A DNA stretch of 63,533 nt, counting the filler, from Octopus bimaculoides (lineage: Eukaryota), in assembly GCF_001194135.2 (NCBI RefSeq). It is 5 parts of 3 records of this genome, joined end to end, with 100 filler letters (N's around TTAATTAATTAA, not from the genome) between each part and the next. Parts side by side here need not be neighbours in the genome. Positions count along the whole stretch, not along the records: positions 42,189 to 50,732 come from NC_069009.1; positions 50,833 to 60,748 come from NC_069009.1; 3 more parts are not named here. One strand, 5' to 3'. Positions 46,370 through 58,932 of the stretch are shown here, piece by piece. Within the stretch, counting starts at the first letter, position 1. Each line of letters begins with the position of its first letter. The notes under the pieces were generated by a model. The model ran no database searches. It worked only from the letters and a program-made list of their open reading frames with translations, and was not told where the DNA came from. Position numbers and translations under genes: made by a program.

Positions 46370-46959
46370 NNNNNNNNNNNNNNNNNNNNNNNNNNNNNNN
46401 NNNNNNNNNNNNNNNNNNNNNNNNNNNNNNNNNNNNNNNNNNNNNNNNNNNNNNNNNNNNNNNNNNNNNNNNNNNNNNNNNNNNNNNNNNNNNNNNNNNN
46501 NNNNNNNNNNNNNNNNNNNNNNNNNNNNNNNNNNNNATGTATAAATGTATGTGTATGTGTGTGTGTGTGTGTGTGTATATATGTATGTGTTTATATATCT
46601 ATGAATTTATATATATATATATATATATACATATATGTATATATACATATGTATATATATATGTAAGGGTGTATATATATAGATATATATGTATGTCGGT
46701 ATATATGTATAAACAGATATGTCATAATACATTATGCCATGTGATATGATATAAGCTAAGTGATGTATTATTTGATATGATGTGTTAGTTATTTCAATAT
46801 TGCATGCAACATGTATTAAAGAGGAACAAAACGACAGGAGATTATGTTGGAGGTGGTGGTGGCAGTAATACCAATGGTATTGGTGGAGGTGATGGTGGTT
46901 GGTTGGGGTAGTGTTCTTATAGGGATGTTGGTGTTGGTGATGGTGGTGGGTATTGGTGT

Positions 46960-47845
46960 CTGCTGACAACATCACAACCATTATTACCACCAGCACGACT
47001 ACTAAATAGCCACCTCCATCATCACCACCACCACCACCACCACCACCAATACCACCGCTCTTACCATCGTCACCAGCAATATCACTACCAACTCCGCTGC
47101 CATCACCATCACAACCATTAACACCACCACCACCACCACCACCGCAATCAACATCTTTCCCACAACCACTGTCACCACCATCACCACCTCTACAATTACT
47201 CTCACCATCAACACAGGCACTACAACCATCACCAGTGGTGGTGACAGAGGTGGTGGTGGTGGTGACGGTGGTGGTGGTGGTGACGGTGGTAGTGGTAACA
47301 GTGATGGTGGTAGTGTTGACGGTGGTGATAATGGTAGTGGTGGTGATGGTGGTGGTGACGGTGGTAGTGGTAACAGTGATGGTGGTAGTGTTGACGGTGG
47401 TGGTAATGGTAGTGGTGGTGATGGTGGTGGTGGTGGTGACGGTGGTGGTGACAGTGATGGTGGTAGTGGTGGTNNNNNNNNNNNNNNNNNNNNNNNNNNN
47501 NNNNNNNNNNNNNNNNNNNNNNNNNNNNNNNNNNNNNNNNNNNNNNNNNNNNNNNNNNNNNNNNNNNNNNNNNNNNNNNNNNNNNNCGGTGGTGGTGGTG
47601 GTGACGGTGGTAGTGGTAACAGTGATGGTGGTAGTGTTGACGGTGGTGGTAATGGTAGTGGTGGTGATGGTGGTGGTGGTGGTGACGGTGGTGGTGACAG
47701 TGATGGTGGTAGTGGTGGTGACGGTGGTGGTGGTGGTGACAATTACTCTCACCATCTAGACAGCCACTGCAACTACCACCAGCAACCCCTCCCTTCACTG
47801 CTGTCTACACCATACAGTGACCGACAGTGGTGGTGGTGGTGGTGG
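46960..47845. repeat. (CAC/CAT)n array that switches to the complementary (GGT)n array with ~70-80-bp higher-order units
   Basis: Directly visible; ACAATTACTCTCACCATC is repeated at 47192-47209 and 47739-47756. Confidence 0.85.
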
Positions 47846-48134
47846 GTGAAATATTATAGATATCACGATGTGAAATATCCCATCCATACCATCAAAATAC
47901 CGTTATCGACAAGGACGGTGACATTAATATCGCTTTGCAGATTAAAGGTGCATCAAAACGCAGCATTAATACGTCTGCATATGTGTGTTTTGTGTCCTCA
48001 ATTTATGCATATGCGTATGTGTGTCCTTGTATGTGTGTGTGAGTATGCTGGGACATACATGTGCATGTGTGTGTGTGTCTGTCTGTCTGCATGTCTTTTA
48101 TCTTTTACCACAGCCATACCTGTGACTTATATAC

Positions 48135-48498
48135 TCTTTTACTTGTTTCAGTCATTTGACTGCGGCCATGCTGGAGTACCGCCTTTAGTCGAGCAAATCA
48201 ACCCCAGGACTTATTCTTTGTAAGCCCAGAAATTATTCTATCATTCTCTCTTGCTGAACAACTAAGTTACACACCAGCATCGGTAGTCAAGCGATATTGG
48301 GGGGACAAACACAGACACACACACATATATACATACGATGGGCTTCCTTCAGTTTCCATCTACCAAATCCACTCACAAGGCTTTGGTCGGCCCGAGGCTA
48401 TAGTAGAAGACACTTGCCCAAGGTACCACGCAGTGTGACTGAACCCAGAACCATGTGGTTGGTAAGCAAGCTACTTACCAAACAGCCACTCCTGCGCC
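48135..48498 (-). mobile_element. SINE family B, full length
   Basis: Same head, CCTTGGGCAAGTGTCTT core and tail as the 45028 copy. Confidence 0.92.
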
Positions 48499-48625
48499 TA
48501 TTTGAGAAGATTTTTGTTGAAAGTGCCATCAATGCATTGCATGTGTATGAGACATGGCTACGATGTAGATAGGTTGCAAGGACAGACAGTGTTGGGGTAA
48601 ATACCAAAGAGTTTGGGTAAGAGAA

Positions 48626-49045
48626 GGCACATGGCTCAGTGGTTAAAGCCTCAGATTCATAATCATAAGCTAGTGAGTTCAATTCCCAGACTGGGCTGTG
48701 TGTTGTGTTCTTGAGCAAGACACTTTATTTCACTTTGCTACGGTTCACTCAACTGTAGAAATGAGTAGCGACATCACTGGTGCCAAGCTGTATCGGCCCC
48801 TTTGCCTTTCCTTAGACAACCTTGCTTGGAATTGGAGGTGAACCTTCTAGGTGTAATCCCATGGTCATTCCTGACCAAAAGGTATCTTTGACCATTACCC
48901 TATGTACATTTAATGGTGTGGAGAGGGAAAGCTGGTATGCATGGGTGACTACTGGTCATCCATAAACAACCTTGCATGGACTTGTGCCTCAGAAGGGAAC
49001 TTTCTAGATGCAATCCCATGGTCATTTATGACCGAAGGGGGTCCT
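48626..49045 (+). mobile_element. SINE family C with an internally duplicated 3' part
   Basis: TGGCTCAGTGG head; TGTGTTCTTGAGCAAGACACTTTATTTCAC; the end motif TTCTAG(G/A)TG(T/C)AATCCCATGGTCATT appears twice. Confidence 0.85.
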
Positions 49046-49069
49046 TCTGGGTAAGAGAAAAACACGATT

Positions 49070-49230
49070 TCATCATCATCAGCATCATCATTTAACATCC
49101 ACTTGTCAAGCTTATATGGGTTGGGAGGGATTTGTTGAGGTGGATTGACAGATGCTCCTCCTGTTGCCAACACTTACTTGTTTCCAGGCAAAGTAATATT
49201 TCATCACGGCCAGACATCTCTTCATGGAAG
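49070..49230 (-). mobile_element. Probable RTE-type 3' tail with (GAT)n end
   Basis: CATCATCATTTAACATCCACTTGTCAAGCTTATATGGGTTGG...GATGCTCCTCCTGTTGCCAAC resembles RTE-tail repeats; diverged. Confidence 0.5.
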
Positions 49231-50083
49231 ATTGGAAAAAAAAAAAGCAGACTGGTTACATGATTGTGACATTCTATTATAATAAAAGTGAATTTCTGTC
49301 TGCCTGGGACCTCTGTATCTCAGACTACATTTACTCTTACATAGACATAATATATCTTTTTGGAATCAGGATCATCACGGGATTGAAAATCTGGCCTTCA
49401 TTTGGTTCTTAACATCCATCATTGGGATCTGATTTAAAAGCATTTGGGTTGCTATTTCTAGCAGATAAAGCTTGGCTGATTCATGCCATCTTGGTTGACG
49501 TTTGTCAGATGATGTTAGAGATCAAAGAGAGAAATAAATGACATTCGCTTCGTTAATTTTATGCCGAGATAAGAACTTTGGGACAAATTGGCCAACAGTT
49601 GGAATTCAACTTGGAACTAAAAGAATAGAATGATTGCATTACAGAATTAATTCTCCTCCATCTTTAACCTCTGATCAAAGACCACCGGGGCATATAATAA
49701 TCATTATAGACATATTATAGTCATGCTATTTAGCTCTCTAGTTTTGGGCGGCTGGCTCAATTATCCCTCTGCAGGGGTAAGCTTAGAAGTCCACACAGAG
49801 TGTGGTTTTTAAGCCAGTATAACATAAAGTCAAGTCAAAAAGTCAATAAGACACAAACACACACACAAAAAAAAATATATATATAGCTAGGAATTCACAA
49901 GAAATTTCTCAGTCTGAAGACTTGCAAAACAAAACTGACAGTTACTGGAATATTGACACATCGAATATAGGAAATATATATTACTCTATACACAGAGTAT
50001 TGAGGTAGGTTTATTTTAGCCTTGTGTTTGTAGAAAGGTTGGTATCTTTTACACACAGACACATGCATTAATATATGTGTATA

Positions 50084-50127
<44 letters not shown>

Positions 50128-50517
50128 CATATACATACATACGAACACATGCACACACATATCTATCTATCTGCCAATCTATCTATCTATCTCTCTGTCT
50201 ATCTATCTATCTATCTATCTGTCTGTCTCTCTGTCTGTCTATATATGTAGCTCTCTCCCTATGTACACACACACACACACTTACACACACATATTCATCC
50301 ATGGATACAAATACATAGATAAATCAATATATGTATATACATTAAACATAGATATATGTAAATACACACACACACATATATAGACATATATATATATATA
50401 CATATATACGCATACATAAATGCAGGTGTGTACATACATACAAATACATGTATATATGCATATACGTACATACACATATATAGACATATATAGCCCCCAC
50501 TGCTCTCNNNNNNNNNN

Positions 50518-50552
<35 letters not shown>

Positions 50553-50833
50553 CATATACATACATACGAACACATGCACACACATATCTATCTATCTGCC
50601 AATCTATCTATCTATCTCTCTGTCTATCTATCTATCTATCTATCTGTCTGTCTCTCTGTCTGTCTATATATGTAGCTCTCTCCCTATGTACACACACACA
50701 CACACTTACACACACATATTCATCCATGGATANNNNNNNNNNNNNNNNNNNNNNNNNNNNNNNNNNNNNNNNNNNNTTAATTAATTAANNNNNNNNNNNN
50801 NNNNNNNNNNNNNNNNNNNNNNNNNNNNNNNNA

Positions 50834-51214
50834 GCGAAGCTTCCTTTCTAAGGGCCCAGGTTGGCCAGGACGAGAATCTGTTGATTCCTTTCCTTGGCTT
50901 TTGAATTGCACTATAATTCTATTAACAGTAGCAAGAGGAATTTGAAGATTTTCGGCAATTTTTCGCTGGCTAAGACCAGCCTCAGATTGCCCAACAATAC
51001 GACCTCGTTGAAAATCTGACAGTTCTGCTGAATTTTTTGTGCGTGAGCTAAGAAGAAAGGGTTGTTTTAAATTGTCTACAATTTAAAACTATACAATACA
51101 AGTTTCCGTAGGAGCGAAATTACAGACTGTATCCCGAAATTAATAGTCCTACTTTATAATTTCCGCAAGAGAGCAATCCCGCCACTTCAAGCAGCCGTAA
51201 CGCGGGGGATGCCT
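50834..51214 (-). mobile_element. Tc1-like transposon 5' end: TA-CAGG terminus and N-terminal HTH of the transposase
   Basis: Minus strand 51038-50834 is open: [60 protein letters not shown]; cut by a gap; missing from the ORF track because it has no Met. Confidence 0.8.
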
Positions 51215-52451
51215 GTATACTTATATATTATACATATGTACATATACACACATACATCCACATACAAACATATGTGTGTATGTGTGTTTGTATGTATGCA
51301 TTGCGTACACACGGATATACAGAAAGAGATGCATAGAGAGGGAGTGAGATTTAGTAGAGATACTGTGATCCGCTCAAAAAAGAATAAGAACTTCCGCCGT
51401 TTCACTCAATGAACACTTAAGAGTAACTATCTTCAACAGCGACACTTCCGGTTGTTGAGTTTCTGCTTCCGGAAACGCTGTCACACGGCGCGTATTAAGT
51501 ATCCGTCCTCGTTTTACTATGTTACAATTGACGAAAAAAGATAAATGGTTGAACTTAGTTGTATGTCACATAATTGATACGCGGTATTAGCGAGACAGAA
51601 TGAGAGACAGAGAAACAGACAGACAGACGACAGTTTGGGCTGTTATGAGATAGGGAGCAAACAGAAGCGATTTTACAAGAGACATAGATCAACATATTAA
51701 CAGATAGATGTAAAGATGGCTGTCTATCGCATTTTCCATCTCTACTTCTCCTTCTTCCACAGTCTCCTCTCTCTCTTTCTGTGTGTGTGTATATATATAT
51801 AGGGTCTTGCAGATAAATTGAGACAATTTTTACGATGCATAAAACTGGTTATAAATACTAAATATTGGAAGTATCAGATTGAGTAAAAAGTAAGCAACAT
51901 TTTGAACCATGAAAAATTTATTATGGATTTTTGCAGAGTTTTGAAATTTTTTTGAAACATTTTTTTGCAGTTGTCTAATAATGCCGACATGGACTCGCCC
52001 AAATGCATCAATANNNNNNNNNNNNNNNNNNNNNNNNNNNNNNNNNNNNNNNNNNNNNNNNNNNNNNNNNNNNNNNNNNNNNNNNNNNNNNNNNNNNNNN
52101 NNNNNNNNNNNNNNNNNNNNNNNNNNNNNNNNNNNNNNNNNNNNNNNNNNNNNNNNNNNNNNNNNNNNNNNNNNNNNNNNNNNNNNNNNNNNNNNNNNNN
52201 NNNNNNNNNNNNNNNNNNNNNNNNNNNNNNNNNNNNNNNNNNNNNNNNNNNNNNNNNNNNNNNNNNNNNNNNNNNNNNNNNNNNNNNNNNNNNNNNNNNN
52301 NNNNNNNNNNNNNNNNNNNNNNNNNNNNNNNNNNNNNNNNNNNNNNNNNNNNNNNNNNNNNNNNNNNNNNNNNNNNNNNNNNNNNNNNNNNNNNNNNNNN
52401 NNNNNNNNNNNNNNNNNNNNNNNNNNNNNNNNNNNNNNNNNNNNNNNNNNN

Positions 52452-52469
<18 letters not shown>

Positions 52470-52482
<13 letters not shown>

Positions 52483-52853
52483 GTTGGTGTGTTTACGTCC
52501 CCGTAACTTAACGGTTCGGCAAAGCAACCGATACAATAGATACTAGGGGTCAATTTGTTCGACTAAAGGCAGTCCGGATCTCTTCAGTTTGACTCACAGA
52601 TTTTGTAATTATTCTTTTCAAACTAAACAGTTTGAAACTTCGTATACTGGTGTAATTTCTCACGCTGAACACGGTTTACTTTCTCCATTTTTGACAAAAT
52701 TTCGTATTCTAGAATTTATTTCGTGTTAAAGTTGTCGTACTTGAGTAATTTTAACCAATCATTGGCGTGTATTCAGCCGAAGAAACCTACTGCTGTTTGC
52801 GATAGTAATCGAAAACATGGCCACAGTCAAATAACTGAAACAAATAAAAAAAA
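52470..52853 (+). mobile_element. SINE family B 3' half, split by a one-armed copy of the GGATCTCTTCAGTTTG element (52574-52815)
   Basis: ...GACTAAAGGCAGT|CCGGATCTC...ATCGAAAA|CATGGCCACAGTCAAAT. Confidence 0.75.
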
Positions 52854-53110
52854 AACAAAAGAATGTTTGCATGTATGCATGTGTGTGTGTGTGTGTGCAT
52901 GCATGCGTGTGTGTGTGTGTCTTTGTGCCTGTGTTTGTCCCCCACCACCCCACATCCGGTACCGGCGTTGATTCGTTCGACTTAAAATTCTTGAAGATGG
53001 CTTCCCCAGCAAGGCTGTAGTCTAATGATTCAAAGAAATAATCAAAATTTTTTTTCTCGCTCGCTTACACAGAAACAGAGCCGGCGTCATAGATAAATAG
53101 ACAGACAGAC

Positions 53111-53198
<88 letters not shown>

Positions 53199-53246
53199 NN
53201 NNNNNNNNATAGATGGGTGGATGGATAGACAGACAGACAGACAGAC

Positions 53247-53304
<58 letters not shown>

Positions 53305-53734
53305 CGTTGACTATAATGCGGTGATGAAGATTGGGCGGGTGAGGACCGTTTTATCGTAGAAGTGATGTGGGAATTGCGGTAGCGAAGCCAGCAAAGAGAA
53401 AATGGATGTGTTGTGGAAGTAGGGGTGGGTTGGAAAGAGGAAATCTGGAGGGTTTGAGGTAGGGGCTGGAGGGAAGATGGAATAGCAAGTGTCAAGATGG
53501 GGAGGGTGTGTGTGACAGGAAATGGAACAACGGGGTGTCTAACTTCCAGCGCGGTTAACAAGTGTTTCTGTGTTACTGGGTATATTTGTGTGACTGTGTG
53601 TGTGTGAGTGGTTTTATGTATGTATGAGGGGATTATGTGTGCATATGTGAGTGACTGTTTGTGGCTGTATGCATTTGGTGTGTGTGTGCGTGTGTCCGTC
53701 CGTTTTTGAGCGTATTCGCCAGTGTGTGTATGAG

Positions 53735-53767
<33 letters not shown>

Positions 53768-54339
53768 CTGAGTGTCTTGCCATATATCCATCTTTAAGTG
53801 TATTTGCCGATGTGTGTTTGTGTGTGTGTGTGTGTGTGCATCTATATTTGTGCAAATGGGTTTATGTATGTATATGACTGTTCGTGGCTGTATGCATTTG
53901 GTGTGTGTGCGTGTCTGCATGTCTTGGTATGTGTCCGTGTACACGCGTATTTGCCGATGTGTGTTCGAGTATCTGTGTGTGAATTGTGAAAAATGCGCGT
54001 GTGTGTGTGTATGTGTGTGCGTACGCATGTATGTGTATATATTTATATATCTGCGTATGTGCTTATGTATCCGTGTGTATTTGTGTGTACTACTGGATGG
54101 GTGTGTATGTGTGTCTGTGAGTATACGGGCCTATGTTTCTATGAGTGTGTGCGTGCGTCTATATGTGTGAGTTTATGTATATATTCATTTGGTGAGTGTG
54201 TGTGTGTGTGTGTGTGTATGTATCTGTGTGTGTCTGTATGTCTCTGTATGTCTGTATTTACGTATATGCTTATCTAACCGCCTGTTTCTGCGTCTATATA
54301 CAGCTGCGTTTCTGTGTGTGTGTGTACTTTGATGTATAA

Positions 54340-54490
54340 ACAGTTTGAAACTTCGAATACTAGTAGAATTTCTCACGTAAAACAAGGTTTACTCTGAAGT
54401 TTCTGACAAAATGTCGTATTTTAGAAGTTATTTCGTGTTAAAGTTGTATTTGGGTAATTTCAGCCGATCAACGACGTGTATTCTAACGAC
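54340..54490 (+). repeat. Internal fragment of the 52574/54783 repeat family
   Basis: CAGTTTGAAACTTCGAATACT..AATTTCTCACG..GACAAAAT..TTATTTCGTGTTAAAGTTG. Confidence 0.7.
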
Positions 54491-54509
54491 AATCTAAATT
54501 TCATACAAA

Positions 54510-54780
54510 CAAGGTATGTCAGAAAGCGATCGATACTTGGACAATTGGTTTTTTCTCAGCTTGGTGAGCAGCGGAGCCTGGGCTGGTAGCTGAACTCACT
54601 AAATTACCGCTGGAGAAGAGGGTCACAGGATGTAGCATCCCATATGTGGAGTGTACCACAATGGAACAGGAAAATTGTCATACCGTCCGGCCTTTTTCCG
54701 TCTCCTCGGTCTAACCCCGCTATCTCAAGCTAGGAAGAGAAGCCTTCGGCATCTAGGTCATGTTTTATGATTTTGTTAGG
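54510..54780 (-). mobile_element. CRE-like non-LTR retrotransposon fragment (RLE domain)
   Basis: IIKHDLDAEGFSS*LEIAGLDRGDGKRPDGMTIF..CGTLHIWDATSCD..SATSPGSAAHQAEKK matches the RxDGKRPDG...WDAT...AA..AE.KK motif. Confidence 0.75.
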
Positions 54781-54782
54781 AG

Positions 54783-55222
54783 GGATCTCTTCAGTTTGGC
54801 TCAGTTCTTTTTAATTACAGTTTGAAACTTCGTATACTGGTGTAATTTCTCACGCTGAACACGGTTTACTTTCAATATTTTTGACAAAATTTCGTAATCG
54901 GAGAGCAATAACTACCGGGTCATCTCTATAATCCACATGTGGTTGAAAAATACGTTTAGGAGAGATGAACCGGAGGTTGTTGCTTTTCGATTACTATCGC
55001 AAACAGAAGTAGGTTTCTCCAGCTGAATACACGACGTTGATTGGTTAAAATTATCCAGATATGTCAACTTTAACACGAAATAACTTCTAAAATACGAAAT
55101 TTTGTCAAACATGTTTAAAGTGAACCGTGTTCAGCGTGAGAAATTACACCAATATACGAAGTTTCAAACTATTTAGTTAAAAAAAAAAAAATTAAAATCT
55201 GTGAACCAAACTGAAGAGATCC
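54783..55222. mobile_element. MITE-like element with ~115-bp inverted arms and terminal GGATCTCTTCAGTTTG
   Basis: 54783-54896 is inverted at ~55095-55222; the internal part matches the 52574 copy. Confidence 0.75.
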
Positions 55223-55239
55223 GCGGTCAGTGATATGGT

Positions 55240-55360
55240 GATGGTGGTGAAAATGATGACGACGAAATGATGGTGGTGGTGGTGGTAGTACTGCTACTGC
55301 TGCTGATGATGGTGATGACGATGATGATGATGGTGATAATGATAGTGATGATGATGATGG

Positions 55361-55393
<33 letters not shown>

Positions 55394-55473
55394 GGGTGAT
55401 GATGATGATGATGGTGATGATGATGGTGATGATGATGATGATGATGGTGATAATGATGGTGATGATGATGATA

Positions 55474-55509
<36 letters not shown>

Positions 55510-55575
55510 GTGATGATGATGGTGATGATGATGATGATGATAAGATGATGATGATGATGATGACGACGACGACAC
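55240..55575. repeat. Degenerate (GAT/GGT)n array
   Basis: Directly visible. Confidence 0.9.
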
Positions 55576-56565
55576 CGACAGAACCTAAGAAATATAAGAA
55601 GCCAATTTTTATCAACTCCAGCTGGTGCTATACACAAGCGAGAAAGTAGGGGCAGCTCCCTTCCACCAGATGACCCCCGCCAATGAGCTTTCCGCATCAG
55701 TAAATCTATCAACAGTTTTCAAACATATTTTCGTACTCAACGCTTTGTATCTGACTGTGAGCCCGTTTTGTGGCCTTCAACCGACATGAAAGGACCTGGT
55801 GGTACATGTATGTATGTATGTATGTATGTATGTATGTATGTATGTATGTATGTATGTATGTATGTATGTATGTGTGTATGTGTGTGTTTGTATGTATGTG
55901 TGTATGTATTGTGTGTGTGTATGTATGTATGTGTTTGTATGTATGTATGTACATATATGTATGTATAAGATAGCACACACGCATACACACACACACTAAT
56001 ACACACACATGCATACACACATACACATACACACATACACATACACGCATATGTACACACACATACATATACACTCACATACACACACATAGACACATGC
56101 ATACACACACATACACATACATACATACATACATTCACACACACACGCATATACACACACACGCATACACACACACACACACACGCATATACACACACAC
56201 GCATATATATACACACACACATCACTCATATGTGTCTACAGAGACTAGCATGCGCATATGTATGTCACTACATGTATATATGTGTGTTTCTATGTAATTA
56301 TATGTACATCTATATGCATGTGTATGTGTATGTAATTCTGTGTATGTTGGAGTGTACGTATGTTGGAATGTTTGTACGTCATAATCATTTCTTTAAATTA
56401 TTCGAATTCTTTCTATGAAAACAAACATGTTCTCCAAGAAACAAAGCTATATCGCTGGAATTTGCAAAATAACAAAGGTGTATCTATGTGTGTATATGTA
56501 TGTGTGTGTGCGTGTATGCAAGAACATGTATGTGTGTGTATTAGATATATTTTAATATTATATTA

Positions 56566-57114
56566 TAGGGTTATTCAAAAAGAATGAACCGATTTCATTA
56601 CGCAATATTTTAATAAGGAAAAGCAATAGAAAACTCCAGCTAAGTCCCAAGTATTTACTTACAATCAATTTTTATTTCCTGTCATACAAGTATTCAACGT
56701 GGCCATCACCTGCAGCACAGGCAACATCAATGCGATAAGAGAATTCCTCCCAGACGGGCGTCAGCATATCACGATCCACTGAATGGATCGCTGTTGTTGT
56801 TTGATGCTTAAGGTCATCGAGGTTAGTGGGTAGCGGTGGAACATAGACACGATCCTTTACATATCACCACAAGAAAAACTCACAGACGGTGAGGTCTGGG
56901 GATCTCGCAGGTCAAGCACAAAGAGGCTCTGGGAGGAATTCTCTTATCGCAGTGACGTTGCTCGTGTTGCAGATGGTAGCCACATTGAACACTTGTATGA
57001 CAGGAAATAAAAGTTGATTGTGAGTAAATACTTGTGACTTAGCTGGAGTTTTCTATTGATTTTCCTTATTAAAATATTGCGTAATGAAATCGGTTCATTC
57101 TTCTTGAATAGCCC

Positions 57115-57116
<2 letters not shown>
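56566..57116. mobile_element. 551-bp non-autonomous mariner (rosa/DD41D-like) derivative with 189-bp inverted arms
   Basis: Arms 56566-56754 and 56928-57116; minus strand encodes RSPDLTVCEFFLW*YVKDRVYVPPLPTNLDDLK..WEEFSYRIDVACAAGDGHVEYL. Confidence 0.9.
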
Positions 57117-57189
<73 letters not shown>

Positions 57190-57639
57190 GCACACACACA
57201 CACACACACACGCACACACACATTTTTAGACACACATACACATACACGCACGAACCCAAACACATGTATACGCCTGGAGTTAGCGTCTGTAATGTGCTGT
57301 CAGGTCTAGTAAGAAAGAGACAAGAATTGAGGCGAAGCAGAGACAAACATACATACAAACATACATACATACATACATACCTTCATAATATATATATTGT
57401 ACCTTGTTTATCATTTTGTCCATGTTCTTTTGCCACGTCATGTACCCAGTTATGTATCTATATGCACATGTAGATAAAGGTATGTACATACATGTACATA
57501 TATATGCATATACTCATATATTGTTTATATATATATATATATATATAGTAATAAAAAAAGAACAAACACAACAACAAAAAACAGAGGACGTGGTACATGT
57601 AATGTATTAGAAGACGCTCAAGAAAGGGAAAGAATGATG

Positions 57640-57675
57640 GCTTAACGTTTTGAGCAGACGCTCTTCTTCAGAAAC
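57640..57675 (-). ncRNA. Minimal hammerhead motif, GAGC family, G12>A
   Basis: Minus strand: GUUU-CUGAAGA-A-GAGC-GUCU-GCUC-AAAAC-GUU-AAGC; stems I and II and the AACGUU palindrome are intact. Confidence 0.7.
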
Positions 57676-57981
57676 AGAAGAAAGTCCAATAGAAGGGAAG
57701 ACGGAGGAAGAAAATCGCCAGCGATTCACATGTAGTCACACACGCACACACACACACTTACTTCGTTCTTTCCACTCTTCTTTCTTTCTTTCTTTCCCCC
57801 TCTCTCACATTTCCTGGCTTTCTCTTCATTCTCACCTTCCTTCCTCTTTCACTTCACCCTGCCCCTTTTCTTTTTTCACACACACACACATACATACATA
57901 TATAAATGAATAGCTAGATAGATATAGATATGTAGATATATATATATTTATATATGTGTGTGTGTGCGTATGTGTGCATAT

Positions 57982-58021
<40 letters not shown>

Positions 58022-58231
58022 CCTACCTACCTACCTGTCTATCTATGTATCTATCTCTATATCTATTTATCTAGCTGTCTGCTTCTTTGTATGTCAATCT
58101 ATCTACCTATCTATCGATCTGTCTACATACATACCTACGTGAATATATGTTTGTGTATGTATATATATATCTCTCTCTCCCTCTCTCTCTATATATATAT
58201 GTATATATATATATATACAAACATACATGTG

Positions 58232-58267
<36 letters not shown>

Positions 58268-58883
58268 CAAACATGTATAGATACATATACATATATACAC
58301 ACACTATACATATGTGTGTGTGTTTGTGTGTTTGTGTGTGTATATATATACACCCCCATAGACACATGCACACACACATCCACACCCACGCACCTACTGA
58401 CATCACCGATCTATGTCTTGATGCCACAGTAGCAGAAGACACTACAAAACAATGTCGGAAACACAAAGCAAAAAGAACAAAAAAGAACAACCACAAAAAC
58501 GAAACAAAAACATGTCAAATAAAATCTTTTAGTGCAATTGATAAGTTGCGTCTGCTGACTTCAATTGACGCCATTGCATCTAGTTAATAACTGAGAGTTT
58601 GTGTGTATATGTGTGTGTGTGTGTATGCGTGTGTGTTTGTGTGTGTGTGTGTGTGTTGGTGTAGGTGTGTGTATGTGTGTATAGCTATCTGTTTGACTGC
58701 CTGTCTGTTTAGATATCTGCGTGTGAATACGCATGTACGTGAAGTTATATGTATATAAGCATACATATATATATGTATACACTCATATGTGCATGTGTGC
58801 GTGTTTACAAATTTATGTGACGTTCATGTATGTATGTATATATATATATATATATGTATATGTGTGTGTGTGTGTGTGTGTGA

Positions 58884-58932
<49 letters not shown>

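Noticed and set aside
50075-50732. Near-identical duplications flanking gaps (also 46180/46537 and 47290/47587)
   Set aside because: Copies abut N-runs and are essentially identical; most likely overlapping contig ends.
51801-52013. Possible second Tc1/mariner end (TAGGGTCTTGCAG)
   Set aside because: Runs into a gap with no partner TIR or clear transposase motif.
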